Shown here: positions 40,301-49,237 of the stretch, one piece after another | Numbering within the stretch: position 1 is the stretch's first letter | How the letters are laid out: every line of letters starts with the position of its first letter | Assembly (NCBI RefSeq): GCF_964355755.1 | Contig: NC_092670.1 | Coordinates: forward strand, 28,942,388 to 29,006,387 | Reading direction: 5' to 3' | DNA length: 64,000 bases | From: Antedon mediterranea | Taxonomy: Eukaryota; Animalia; Echinodermata | Position numbers and translations under genes: made by a program | Notes under the pieces: model-generated | Told to the model about the DNA's origin: nothing | Seen by the model: only the letters and a program-made list of their open reading frames with translations | Databases searched by the model: none

Positions 40301-40482
40301 AAATTAACTGAATATTTTTAATTAAAACTGTAGTAATATTTACCAAATTACTACCAGAGCGGATACAAAGACATTTAATACATATAAAGCCATACAATCG
40401 CAATCTTTGAATATACAGAAAATGCACAATTCACACATTTTTGACAATACATACCTTTCGGATTTATAGCAGAGGTCGCCAT
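2963..40482 (-). CDS. SF3B1: Splicing factor 3B subunit 1 (SF3b155), complete spliced gene, 21 coding exons, ~1318 aa
   Basis: Exons joined by hand with GT-AG borders total 3957 nt in one frame. The N-terminus has ULM Trp motifs (RRWDQ, NRWDE, SRWDE) and TPGH repeats. The HEAT region matches known SF3B1 ([35 protein letters not shown]). The C-terminus reads [10 protein letters not shown]. Confidence 0.97.
4057..4273 (-). CDS. SF3B1: SF3B1 exon 20 (DLVHRQTA...LQYTLQ)
   Basis: ORF track plus GT-AG borders. Confidence 0.96.
4394..5223. mobile_element. PIF/Harbinger-like MITE
   Basis: TTA target duplication; TIRs GGCCCCATTTCTGCTGCCAA / TTGACAGCAGAAACGGGCCC; subterminal ATATACCG repeats. Confidence 0.8.
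5551..6111. mobile_element. Kolobok-like non-autonomous element, family A (opposite orientation to the other two copies)
   Basis: TTAA flanks, AGACCCATTCCCTAC / GTAGGGAATAGGACT TIRs; homologous to 36039-40125 and 58639-59097. Confidence 0.8.
6147..6419 (-). CDS. SF3B1: SF3B1 exon 19 ([18 protein letters not shown]...LEDALMDR)
   Basis: ORF track plus GT-AG borders. Confidence 0.96.
6443..8073. repeat. Near-perfect 23-bp minisatellite (GGTTAAAAGCTGTACAAAACAAC)n, ~70 copies
   Basis: Directly visible; no spacers. Confidence 0.98.
8337..8522 (-). CDS. SF3B1: SF3B1 exon 18 ([19 protein letters not shown]...YIAKAIG)
   Basis: Translated by hand; GT-AG borders. Confidence 0.95.
8849..9027 (-). CDS. 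SF3B1: SF3B1 exon 17 ([25 protein letters not shown]...PILKNR)
   Basis: Translated by hand; GT-AG borders. Confidence 0.95.
9582..9764 (-). CDS. SF3B1: SF3B1 exon 16 ([15 protein letters not shown]...MRTCQE)
   Basis: ORF track plus GT-AG borders. Confidence 0.96.
10078..10299 (-). CDS. SF3B1: SF3B1 exon 15 ([13 protein letters not shown]...QEQTTE)
   Basis: ORF track plus GT-AG borders. Confidence 0.96.
10607..11463. mobile_element. hAT-like non-autonomous element containing a 54-bp tandem repeat (~5 copies, 11020-11300)
   Basis: Starts CAGGGTTGTCACCA; interior homologous to 16246-16395 and 20520-20885; right end approximate. Confidence 0.65.
11861..11986 (-). CDS. SF3B1: SF3B1 exon 14 ([12 protein letters not shown]...[11 protein letters not shown])
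   Basis: Translated by hand; GT-AG borders. Confidence 0.95.
12400..12546 (-). CDS. SF3B1: SF3B1 exon 13 ([17 protein letters not shown]...EEMKKIVLK)
   Basis: Translated by hand; GT-AG borders. Confidence 0.95.
12903..13048 (-). CDS. SF3B1: SF3B1 exon 12 ([11 protein letters not shown]...RQHRGK)
   Basis: Translated by hand; contains the K700-equivalent residue. Confidence 0.95.
13252..13609 (-). CDS. SF3B1: SF3B1 exon 11 ([18 protein letters not shown]...[11 protein letters not shown])
   Basis: ORF track plus GT-AG borders. Confidence 0.96.
13747..14028 (-). CDS. SF3B1: SF3B1 exon 10 ([19 protein letters not shown]...)
   Basis: ORF track plus GT-AG borders. Confidence 0.96.
14227..14424 (-). 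CDS. SF3B1: SF3B1 exon 9 ([15 protein letters not shown]...YFDKLL)
   Basis: ORF track plus GT-AG borders. Confidence 0.95.
14812..15170 (-). CDS. SF3B1: SF3B1 exon 8 ([12 protein letters not shown]...[19 protein letters not shown])
   Basis: p14-binding region; GT-AG borders. Confidence 0.95.
15448..15691 (-). CDS. SF3B1: SF3B1 exon 7 (TPGH repeats, [10 protein letters not shown])
   Basis: ORF track plus GT-AG borders. Confidence 0.94.
16029..16208 (-). CDS. SF3B1: SF3B1 exon 6 (KKKRRWDQ...SSWDQAE)
   Basis: ULM motifs; GT-AG borders. Confidence 0.93.
17139..17645. mobile_element. Helentron-associated (DINE/HINE-like) non-autonomous element
   Basis: AACAAG start, internal (GAA)n, 3' hairpin CTCGGGTATCCCGAG followed by an A run. 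Confidence 0.45.
18384..20414 (-). mobile_element. Degenerate L2/CR1-group LINE ORF2 (reverse transcriptase) pseudogene
   Basis: [23 protein letters not shown] and [14 protein letters not shown] spread across frameshifted ORFs. Confidence 0.92.
21634..21920. mobile_element. Kolobok-like MITE, family B
   Basis: TTAA|AGATGTATTGTCC...GGGGACAATATATCT|TTAA. Confidence 0.8.
22026..22099 (-). CDS. SF3B1: SF3B1 exon 5 ([24 protein letters not shown])
   Basis: acag acceptor, gtaca donor; GGKTPDP motif. Confidence 0.92.
23445..23701 (-). other. Candidate poison (PTC) cassette exon in SF3B1 intron 4
   Basis: CTAAT branch point, then TCTATTCTTCCCAG acceptor; in-frame TAG at 23679-23681; CAG|GTAAGC donor. 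Both ends lie in a 24-bp inverted repeat. Confidence 0.55.
24547..24661 (-). CDS. SF3B1: SF3B1 exon 4 (DHDPMAE...[10 protein letters not shown]...[11 protein letters not shown])
   Basis: gtag acceptor, gtaaga donor; conserved DREDEY and ISP.R.DPF. Confidence 0.93.
25084..25173 (-). CDS. SF3B1: SF3B1 exon 3 ([19 protein letters not shown]...)
   Basis: ttag acceptor, gttggt donor, 90 nt in frame. Confidence 0.88.
25226..26852. mobile_element. hAT-like non-autonomous element with 6-bp TSD
   Basis: CAGGCCTCGAATTT / AAATTTAAGGCCTG TIRs, ATAACA duplication, subterminal GGGCACCAAGGCCA repeats. Confidence 0.75.
27204..27394 (-). CDS. SF3B1: SF3B1 exon 2 ([12 protein letters not shown]...[15 protein letters not shown])
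   Basis: ttcag acceptor, gtaagt donor; homologous to [12 protein letters not shown]. Confidence 0.93.
28233..28395. repeat. Poly-T low-complexity tract
   Basis: ~160 nt of T with scattered A. Confidence 0.95.
29849..33259. mobile_element. PIF/Harbinger-like non-autonomous element with internal ~60-bp tandem array (30848-31935)
   Basis: TTA TSD; perfect ~32-bp TIR GGGAGCGTGCCCAAATGTTTTTACTCCGTTAA. Confidence 0.85.
36361..39047. mobile_element. GG-terminated TIR element with 8-bp TSD (Merlin- or MULE-like)
   Basis: TIR core ACAAAGTGCGAGGCAGCGAGGCACGCGAGGCA; CAAAAATA duplicated; empty site visible at ~58787. Confidence 0.8.
36872..37525. mobile_element. hAT-like MITE with 6-bp TSD
   Basis: TGTACT|CAGCCCACGAA...TTCGTGGGCTG|TGTACT; TGCCGACC subterminal repeats. 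Confidence 0.8.
39235..39976. mobile_element. Long-TIR MITE (MULE-like)
   Basis: ATTTCGGCCGCCGGTTATGGAA inverted at both ends; absent from the sibling copy at ~58960. Confidence 0.7.
40455..40482 (-). CDS. SF3B1: SF3B1 coding exon 1 (MATSAINPK+G)
   Basis: aaaaATGGCG context; 28 nt then gtatgt donor. The phase-1 end fits exon 2 (G|AT=D), and the 9-codon+1 size matches vertebrate exon 1. Confidence 0.8.
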
Positions 40483-40549
40483 TTTTTCGATATGAACACA
40501 AACAACGCGCTTTTGTGTGCGACACACAAGAGGTGGTACTGGTACGTAC

Positions 40550-43500
40550 GTATATTCAGAGCGTCGTTTCTTCAACGATCGAGCATTCTCTACTTCTACG
40601 GAGCGCCATTTATGCCTTTATTTACTTCCGAAATAGAAATAGTACTACGGTAACTGAATACTGAATCAGAACTGGAATAATAGGATCTTTCTTTACTCTA
40701 AAGTCTACGATCATCTCCTTAGTTTTACTATCATTTAACATTAAATTATTCAATTTGCTCCAATTTACAAAATCTTATATCAATTTACGGTAGTCATATT
40801 CATTATCATGCTTATCACCTAAAATGTATCCCGTGATAACAGTATCGTCTGCATTATTTAATCACAGAACATGACTCATTTGGTGACCTAAAGTCAGAAG
40901 TGACAAGGGAATACAACATAGGTGATATTACACAGCCTTGAGGTACTCCTACATTTGTTATCCTGCTGTCAGACATGTGCCCATTAGCTATTACAAACTG
41001 AGGCCCTACATTTCAGGAAATCGGACAGCCACCTGATGATTGTGGTTTCTCCATGTCTTTATGCCGACGAGGAAATGCAGGAATAATGGTGTTAAAGGCA
41101 CTTGAAAAGTCTACATACAGAGATTTAACATATGATCTTGACCTATCTAAGTGATTACAGATCTTATTTAGGTGTGTTAAAATAGCATCCTCCACACTTC
41201 TATTAGATTGATAAGCAAATTGATAATTGTCTTGAAAATTACTTGATTTGGTACAGTGGACCAAATTTAGCACCGGTGGAGCACAGTGATATAAAATAGA
41301 AATAAGTCACTAATTTTAATATCTTTTCGTATGTTGTGCTCAAGTGGACACAATTTGGCGCCAGTGAGGAGCACAGTGCTATAAAATAGAAATAAGTCAC
41401 TGAATTGTAATATCTTTTCGTATGTTAATCTGTGCTCATGTGGACCCAATTTGGAGCCAGAGGGGAGCACAGTGATATAAAATAGAAACAAGTCACTGAA
41501 TTGTAATATCTTTTCGTAGGTTAATACCGGGGTTAATACACTATACTCGAGTGGACTCAATTTGGCGCCATTGGAGCACAGTGATATAAAATAGAAGTAA
41601 GTCACTGAATGTTAATATCTTTTCGTATGTTAATACATTGTGCTCAAGTGGACCCAATTTGGCGCCAGTGAGGAGCACAGTGATATAAAATAGAAATAAG
41701 TCACTGAATTTTAATATCTTTTCGTATGTTAATACACTGTGCTCCAGTGGATCCAATTTGGCGCCAGTGGAGCACAGGGAAATAGTCACACACAAAAACT
41801 TCTAGAAAAAATATTTCTCGAATTCAAAAATATTTCAAACTTGGTATATAAGTTCAATATCGGTTACTCCATCAGTAATGCAAAAGAAAAATTAATTTCT
41901 TTTGTAAAAAAAATACTCCTCGATTTCAATATATATTTCTTGGTATATTTTTAATTTAAGTTGCTCAATTTACAGGGAAAACCGATTTCCTTTTTTGTCA
42001 AAATCATTATTAGAGTTTATGTGTCGGAATTGTATATTCTTCCATAAGTAGGCCTATATCTTCTGCAAACGCAAGTTATTAAAATCACTGATGTGGCTTG
42101 AAACTATTTTTTCTTTTGGTTTACGGATTGAGTAACCGATATTGAACATATATACAAAGTTTGAAATATTTTTGAATTCCAGAAGTATTTTTTCTCGATG
42201 TTTTTGTATGTGACTATTTCCCTGTGCTCCCGTTGGTGCCAAATTGGGTCCACTTGAACACAGTGTATTAACATACGAAAAGATATTAAAATTTAGTGAC
42301 TTACTTCTATTTTATATGACTGTGCTCCCCTGGCTCCAAATAAAATTGGGTCTACTTGAGCACAGTGTATTAACATACGAAAAGATATTAAAATTCAGTG
42401 ACTTATTTCTATTTTATATCACTGTGCTCCACTGACTCCCAATTGGGTCCACTTGAGCACAGTGTATTAACATACGAAAATATATTAAAATTCAGTGACT
42501 TGTTTCTATTTTATATCACTGTGCTCCCCTGGCGCCAAATTGGTTCCACTTGAGCACAGTGTATTAACATACGAAACCATATTAACATTCAGTCACTTTT
42601 TTCTATTTTATATCACTGTGCTCCACTAACTCCCAATTGGGTCCACTTGAGCACAGTGTAAATACGAAAATATATTAACATTCAGTCACAATTGTTTCTA
42701 TATATCACTGTTATTCACTGTGCTCCACTGGCGCCAAATTGGGTCCACTTGAGCACAGTGTATTAACATACGAAAATATATTAAAATTCAGTGACTTGTT
42801 TCTATTTTATATCACTGTGCTCCCCTGGCGCCAAATTGGTTCCACTTGAGCACAGTGTATTAACATACGAAACCATATTAACATTCAGTCACTTTTTTCT
42901 ATTTTATATCACTGTGCTCCACTAACTCCCAATTGGGTCCACTTGAGCACAGTGTAAATACGAAAATATATTAACATTCAGTCACAATTGTTTCTATATA
43001 TCACTGTTATTCACTGTGCTCCACTGGCGCCAAATTGGGTCCACTTGAGCACAGTGTATTAACATACGAAAAGATATTAAAATTCAGTGACTTATTTCTA
43101 TTTATATCACTGTGCTCCCCTGGCTCCAAATTGGGTCCACATGAGGAGTGTATTAACATACGAAAAGATATTAAAATTCAGTGACTTATTTCTATTTTAT
43201 ATCACTGTGCTCCCCTGGCTCCAAGTTGTGTCCACATGAGCACAGTGTATTAACATACGAAAAGATATTACAATTCAGTCACATATTTCTATTTTATATC
43301 ACTGTGCTCCCCTGGCTCCAAAGTGGGTCCACTTGAGCACAGATTAACATACGAAAAGATATTACAATTCAGTGACTTATTTCTATTTTATAGCACTGTG
43401 CTCCTCACTGGCGCCAAATTGTGTCCACTTGAGCACAGTGTACGAAAAGATATTAAAATGAGTGATTTATATCTATTTTATATCACTGTTCTCCACCGGT

Positions 43501-43635
43501 GCTTAATGTTGTCCACTGGACCAGTTACCGTAGTACTATTTTCTATTTCGGAAGTAAATAAAGGCATAAATGGCGCTCCGTAGAAGTAGAGAATGCTCGA
43601 GGAACGATCGTCGAAAATGACGCTCTGAATATACA
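40550..43635. mobile_element. Foldback-type element: long inverted arms made of ~65-bp tandem subrepeats
   Basis: 40550-40655 is inverted at 43521-43635, and 41250-41900 is inverted at 42100-43520. The left arm is interrupted by a LINE fragment. Confidence 0.8.
40700..41248 (-). mobile_element. Rex1/Babar-like LINE reverse transcriptase fragment
   Basis: QFAYQSNRSVEDAI...YVDFSSAFNTI, GVPQG and ADDT remnants. Confidence 0.8.
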
Positions 43636-43689
43636 CACCACGACCACACGACACGGCGGACGATCGACACCGTACCAATCTAAAAAGCG

Positions 43690-44715
43690 TTATGAATAAG
43701 ATAATAAATTATACTTAATGTTAGCCCCATTTTACTCAGTTAGTTAGCGTACAATACAAAATTTATCCCAAAATTGTTTTTAGTTATTTCCATAAGGCAT
43801 TGTTTTTTTTAATTAAGAATGTTTAAAATGTTTTTGATAAAAAAAAAACTAGTTTATTTAATTATATGTTCTAGCATGTGGCCTCGTTCATCAATTGTTT
43901 ATTAATAAGAACATGAGCCAAAAAAAGAGCTTAAATAGAGGGCGGACTTTTTTTAAAGCACATATTCTCAAACTTACCACTTCTAATTCAGCATGGTTTA
44001 TGGTGAAGTCGGTAGAGGAAATATTAGATAACTAATTGATAAAAAGAATGTTACAGTTTTGGGTACGCATCATAACTTATAAGTAGTAAAGAAAGCAAAT
44101 TGTCAAGTATTATGTTCAGGTTGCTAAAAAATTACACGATCAGGGTATTTATCTCTCAAAATGGACTAGTAAAATTCAAAATGTACTCAACAATTGTGGT
44201 ATGCCCCAAATGTGGAATGATTTTGATAATTTTAATTTTTAAAATGGTTAGCAAACAGTATTAATCTCCAATTGAGTGACATCTCAAAACAGGAATGGCA
44301 TCACGCTGTTTTTTCTAATACAATGTGTGAATTATAGATATTTTAAGGATGTTTTTAGTATTTGAACAGTGATCATTAATTTTACTAAAAGATAATGCCA
44401 AATGATTGATCTCTGCAGGTTGAGATGTGGGAACCATCGACTCCCAATCTCTAAAAGATACTGTAATGAACACGAAACCAAACTTTATGTAACCAAAACG
44501 ATACTGGAGACGAATACCACTATTTGCTTGTGCCTTAGACCTACTTATTTAATGACATTTTGTATTTGTTTTAATTAGATGTTGCTTTTCGATATATGTA
44601 TAACACCAAATATTTATGTCTGGAAGTATTTAGTTATTTTTTTGTTAAGAATGTTCTTTCATACCCTGAAAAGGGTCGATAAAGAAATAAATGAATCATT
44701 GTCATTGTCATTATC
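43690..44715 (+). mobile_element. Highly decayed LINE 3' end
   Basis: LRCGNHRLPI and GDEYHYLL remnants, AATAAA, (CATTGT)n tail. Confidence 0.55.
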
Positions 44716-44899
44716 GTTACATAATTTGTATACATGCTAACATTTAATATTTGCTAACAATAATATCATAATTTTTCAGTTTCGTTTGATCATGCCTAAC
44801 ATTCTATTACCTTTAGGCGCGCCTACTACTAATGTGTTGATATGACGATTAAAGTTGAGTTTATTATCAATAACATCACATTGTGATATTCCACATTAT

Positions 44900-46300
44900 C
44901 AAGAGTGTGATTATTAATATGATATAAGTTAATATTTTTTATAAATTTACATTTCTTAACACTAATAATCATACACCAAATTTCACACCACTTGCAACAT
45001 ATCAAGGTCTGTCTGAAGACTGAGAATCATCAATTTGGTAATCTGCCGAATAAGTTTCATGCCATCGGCATAAAGCAAGCATTCGAATAAGATTAAGTGG
45101 GAGGTTCAGAAGTTAAAATGAAAGACCCAAGGATAGTAGGCCTACCTTGTGGGACACCATCTTTTATAGGAGCCACCCAGTGCACCATCTAAAGTCTAGT
45201 TACCCGCGGCTCTCTGTCACTAAGATAACTACTAATACGTTTTAAAAGATTATCAGATATACCAAACTACGGTAAGTGTATGGATAACTTTTTCAAAGCC
45301 GTGATAAGTCGGTACCGGTCACATTGAGATCGAAAATTAATGGATGAGTAAACAGAAACAAGGAGGAGGCTAATATTATAAGTTAGATAATAACTAAGTA
45401 AGTAGTAAAAACCATGTAGGGCATCCGTGATTATTAATTTTTTTTTAAATTTAGATGATGCGTTCAAAGATTTTGGAAATAGTGGGAAAAGGGATATAGG
45501 ACGATAGTTATTGATCTTTTCCACTTCCTTTGTAAACAGGACACACATGGAGCTCGTTTCCAACTGGAGGAAAAGAACCTTCATTCAAAACACGGGTAAA
45601 AATCATATCAAGAGATTTGAAGGAGATGACTTCTTGATATCTACACTACATATAATAACTTCCTTGATACCAATATTAAAAACAGATTATCAACCGCATG
45701 GTTTGACAAAATTGAGCTTTCTACTAGTAAACTATCATTAACAGAGGCTTTAACTTTGTTACCGAAAGAAGCTTGATCTCTATCTCCAGAATCTTTTAGG
45801 ATTATTACACATATCGTTGGCTAGTTTATTTATGTAGATAGTATTTATGTCCATTAGTATTTTAAAAATCGTTTCTAGCACTTGAAAATCGATCATAATT
45901 AACTTGAGATCCCTGTCGAACCAAGGTGGAAGTTTCCGTTTGAAAGCCTCATTAACATTAATAATTATATACTAAACTTGATCCCGGTTTACTCAATTTG
46001 TTAAATTCTGTAATATTCGTTTATCGGCATCAATTTTCTTATAGTTGTGTATTATGGTCCTTGTTGTTGTGGACCTCGACATAGGAGTATGAAGCATGTT
46101 AAAATTAAAATTCACGGAGCTATGATCGGAGTCGAAAATGTCGTCACCAGCTGATACTCTGAATCAGCAATATCAAAGTTATATAAAACTTAAGATCCAA
46201 AGTATTATTGTTTTTGTATAAGTTAACATAATTACATTGAGTCAAATGGAATTGATTAAAAGCAAAGTTAATAAAATAAATCAATGACAAGCAATAACAA
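44900..46300 (-). mobile_element. Decayed CR1-like LINE ORF2 fragment
   Basis: NNYRPISL, GVPQG (~45150), LPPWFD and SDHS remnants. Confidence 0.65.
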
Positions 46301-46599
46301 AATTATATTTTCGTCATGGCTAAATATAGATAATGCCAAACTTCACCGTCAAATTTTTAGAATGAAAGTAGCATCACACATTACACTAGGCCTATTTATG
46401 AATCTGTATTTTAACATTATTATTGTTATTGTTGTTGTTTTATTGTTATGGGACGAATTGTATTGACGGAGAGAGAACACAAAACTTCGTGAACCATTTA
46501 TTTATTAATGGTCTAATTAAGAAATTAATTGGGAGGCTAAAACACTTTTGCTGTATTTATATCTCTCTTTGTAATAAATTATTTGTTTTGTTTTGTCGT

Positions 46600-46695
46600 T
46601 GGGGGCGTTTATGTCTGCAAGCAGAGGTGGTGTGAAGAAGGCGGGGATCTGCCGCGCCGTGGTTAAAGATTTCTCTCCTTTTACTTTACATTTTG
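46600..46695 (+). promoter_or_regulatory. Possible TRRAP promoter / non-coding first exon
   Basis: Local GC/CpG enrichment, a GGCGGG box and a TTG|GTAAGA donor at 46696. The ATG-bearing exon has an acceptor, so an upstream UTR exon must exist. Confidence 0.35.
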
Positions 46696-48399
46696 GTAAG
46701 AAATGAGTCGGTAGTACTTATATTATATTATTTTTAAGATACTATTCAATTAGCGCCGCACTAGTTAGGCATAGAGGTTAGGCGTATGTCATACTTCTAG
46801 AGTTACCCGACGGTTAGGCTAGTAGGAGGAGGGGGACCTACTACTAGCCTAGTAGTAGCCTAGTACTAGCTAGGCCTAGGCTAGTAGGGTAGGCTAGCCT
46901 AGGCCTAGCCTATCGTATGGCCGGTAATCCGTATGGCCTAGCCTACCTAGAGGCCTAGCTAGTAGGCCCTAGCCTTGGCTAGGCCTCCTAGACTAGCCGG
47001 CATCCGAGCTAGCCTAGCTAGCCACCACCACTACTGCCTATCTAGGGCCGGGCCCTACTAGCTAGGCTAGGCTATTATGGGGCCTACCCTAGCCCTAGCC
47101 TCTACTAGCTAGAATAGAGGCCTAGTCTCTCTCTAGAGTGGCTCTCCTACTAGCTAGCTGCTAGGTAAGGCCTGGCTGGGTGGCTGAGTGAGACTTTATT
47201 TGTTTGTTAGGCCTAGGCTAGACCAGACAGAGGAGGCTAGCCTCTTATCTTTCTAGCCTAGCTAGTAGGCCTAGCCGTTAGCCTAGTAGTAGGGATAACG
47301 ATGCAAAATTAAAAGTTGTTATATTTTTCAACAAATTTAAAGATATAGGCCTAGGCCTATTGTCCCCCTGAAAACATTTTTTTGTTAAATATTTTGTTAA
47401 ATAGGACATTTTAATTGTATTGTACATAAAAGTTATTCACTTTGACAAAAAAATGGATCGGAAAAAAAATTATTTACCCGAGAAAATCGTAATTTAAAGC
47501 AAAAAAAAATTAACCAACCGGAAGCTATTTGTGTGGAAGACAGTGTTCCGGTTTAATTTAACCCTTGACCTGAGTTAGCTCATTATATTCATTATTGTAT
47601 GGATACCTGTGTGGGGGATGCTCTCCAAAATCAATAAACAGTCAACCCAACAACGATAGCAATGCATGAGAGATCGAGAGAGAGTCGAGTAGTGACGCGA
47701 GATGAATCTTGAAGAAAACACAACTATAGCAGCTAGCAGAATGCTAAGTTAGAACTGCAGTTGGTAGCTTTGATGTTGAATCTTATTCATTTAGGTGAGT
47801 TTTTGTTTCGCTAGCAGAAGTGAAAAGGCCTAGCTAGGCCTTACTGCTGCCTCCTGTTTCTAGAAGTACACTGCTAGCTAGGGCTAGACCACCACCAGGA
47901 GGGATGTATTGTTGTTTTATAATTTTTTTTTTCCATCATGATGAATTGGTTTAATTTTTAAAGATTTTAACTATTCTATTCTGCAGAGAAAATTACCAAA
48001 TAAATCTAATAGTAAATATTGTTTTAGATATTTATTGTACAGTACAGTATGTTAAAAATATTTTCTGCATCAAATGCAATTTAAAGTTCAAACCGACATT
48101 CGCACAATTAACCTTTTTATGCAGATATTTTAATACAATTTATTTCTTTTTTTTTCAGGTATTAACATTGATTGAACAATAAGAGCAAGTAGCAAGAAAT
48201 GGTAAATCAACACAAAATGTATCGTACAGTGGCAACATTCACAATTTATTGAACCGTTTCTTACTATTAAAAATGACACTTTGTGATATATCGGTATATC
48301 TTTATTCAAAAAGTCAAATGATACAAACAGCCAATGGCTGAAACCGTAGTCGTACAACATAAATATAAATATACAAACATGATAAAAACAGGTAAAATA

Positions 48400-48700
48400 T
48401 AAAATATTTTAAAAAGCAGATTATCAAAATAACATTACAAAATATTAACTTCATTTAACAGTCTAGCCATAGTAGGAACAGGTGATTTCTTAAATCGCTC
48501 AGTTCTGCCAAACGGAATACGAAGGAGGGGGCTAGACCGAAGGCCGACATCAAGTTCGCGACAATGAGGGAGCATATTCCGAAATATGTCAGAGGCAAGA
48601 AGTTTCTCACCAAAAGACAACACCAGACCCACCCTCCTAAATGGATATGAGCGATCAACACATTGATAATTAGTAGACAAATTGTCACAAAAAACAATAC
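48400..48700 (-). mobile_element. LINE 3'-end fragment
   Basis: RTERFKKSPVPTMARLLN, typical of a CR1/L2-group C-terminus. Confidence 0.6.
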
Positions 48701-49237
48701 AGAGGAATTCAATAAGATATACTGTATATATATTTTAATTTAATTTAACTCCTTTTGCACTGTAATATTTTCAGTAAAATTATGAAGTATAAGTAAATTT
48801 GAAGAATTTATCCTGTGTACTGTAGTAGTATTTTTTATTTATTGAATGTTATGTTTACAAAATAATTTACTGTACAAATATTATTGCTTTATATATAATA
48901 AAACAAATTATACAACAAAATTTTACAAGCTGGACAAGAACATATTGGCCGAATGCTGCAGGATAGTCTACTATTTTTCTTAAAATCATATTCCAATACC
49001 GAGTCTACCATTAGTTTTCTTTATGAAGTACGAATGTGACCTCTGTTCCAGTCTTCATCAACTCAATGTCTTTAAATACATTTTTAATAACAATGAGGTG
49101 TAAATAAGTTAAATATTTCACAAAATCTAAAGTTTTCAATTTCGGCAAAGTACGAAAACCTGCAATTTGGTATTTAAAAATAGATCATGCACATTTAGTG
49201 CAAAATGTGGGCTAGCGAAATTGCTTGCTTTGACATA

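Noticed and set aside
41267-43583. Repetitive protein (LEHSVLTYEKILKFSDLFLFYITVL)n
   Set aside because: It is the translation of the ~65-bp foldback subrepeat, and the frames break repeatedly.
47700-47800. TRRAP 5'UTR exon ending TAG|GTGAGT
   Set aside because: It lies inside a Kolobok-like element. Possible, but unsupported without transcripts.
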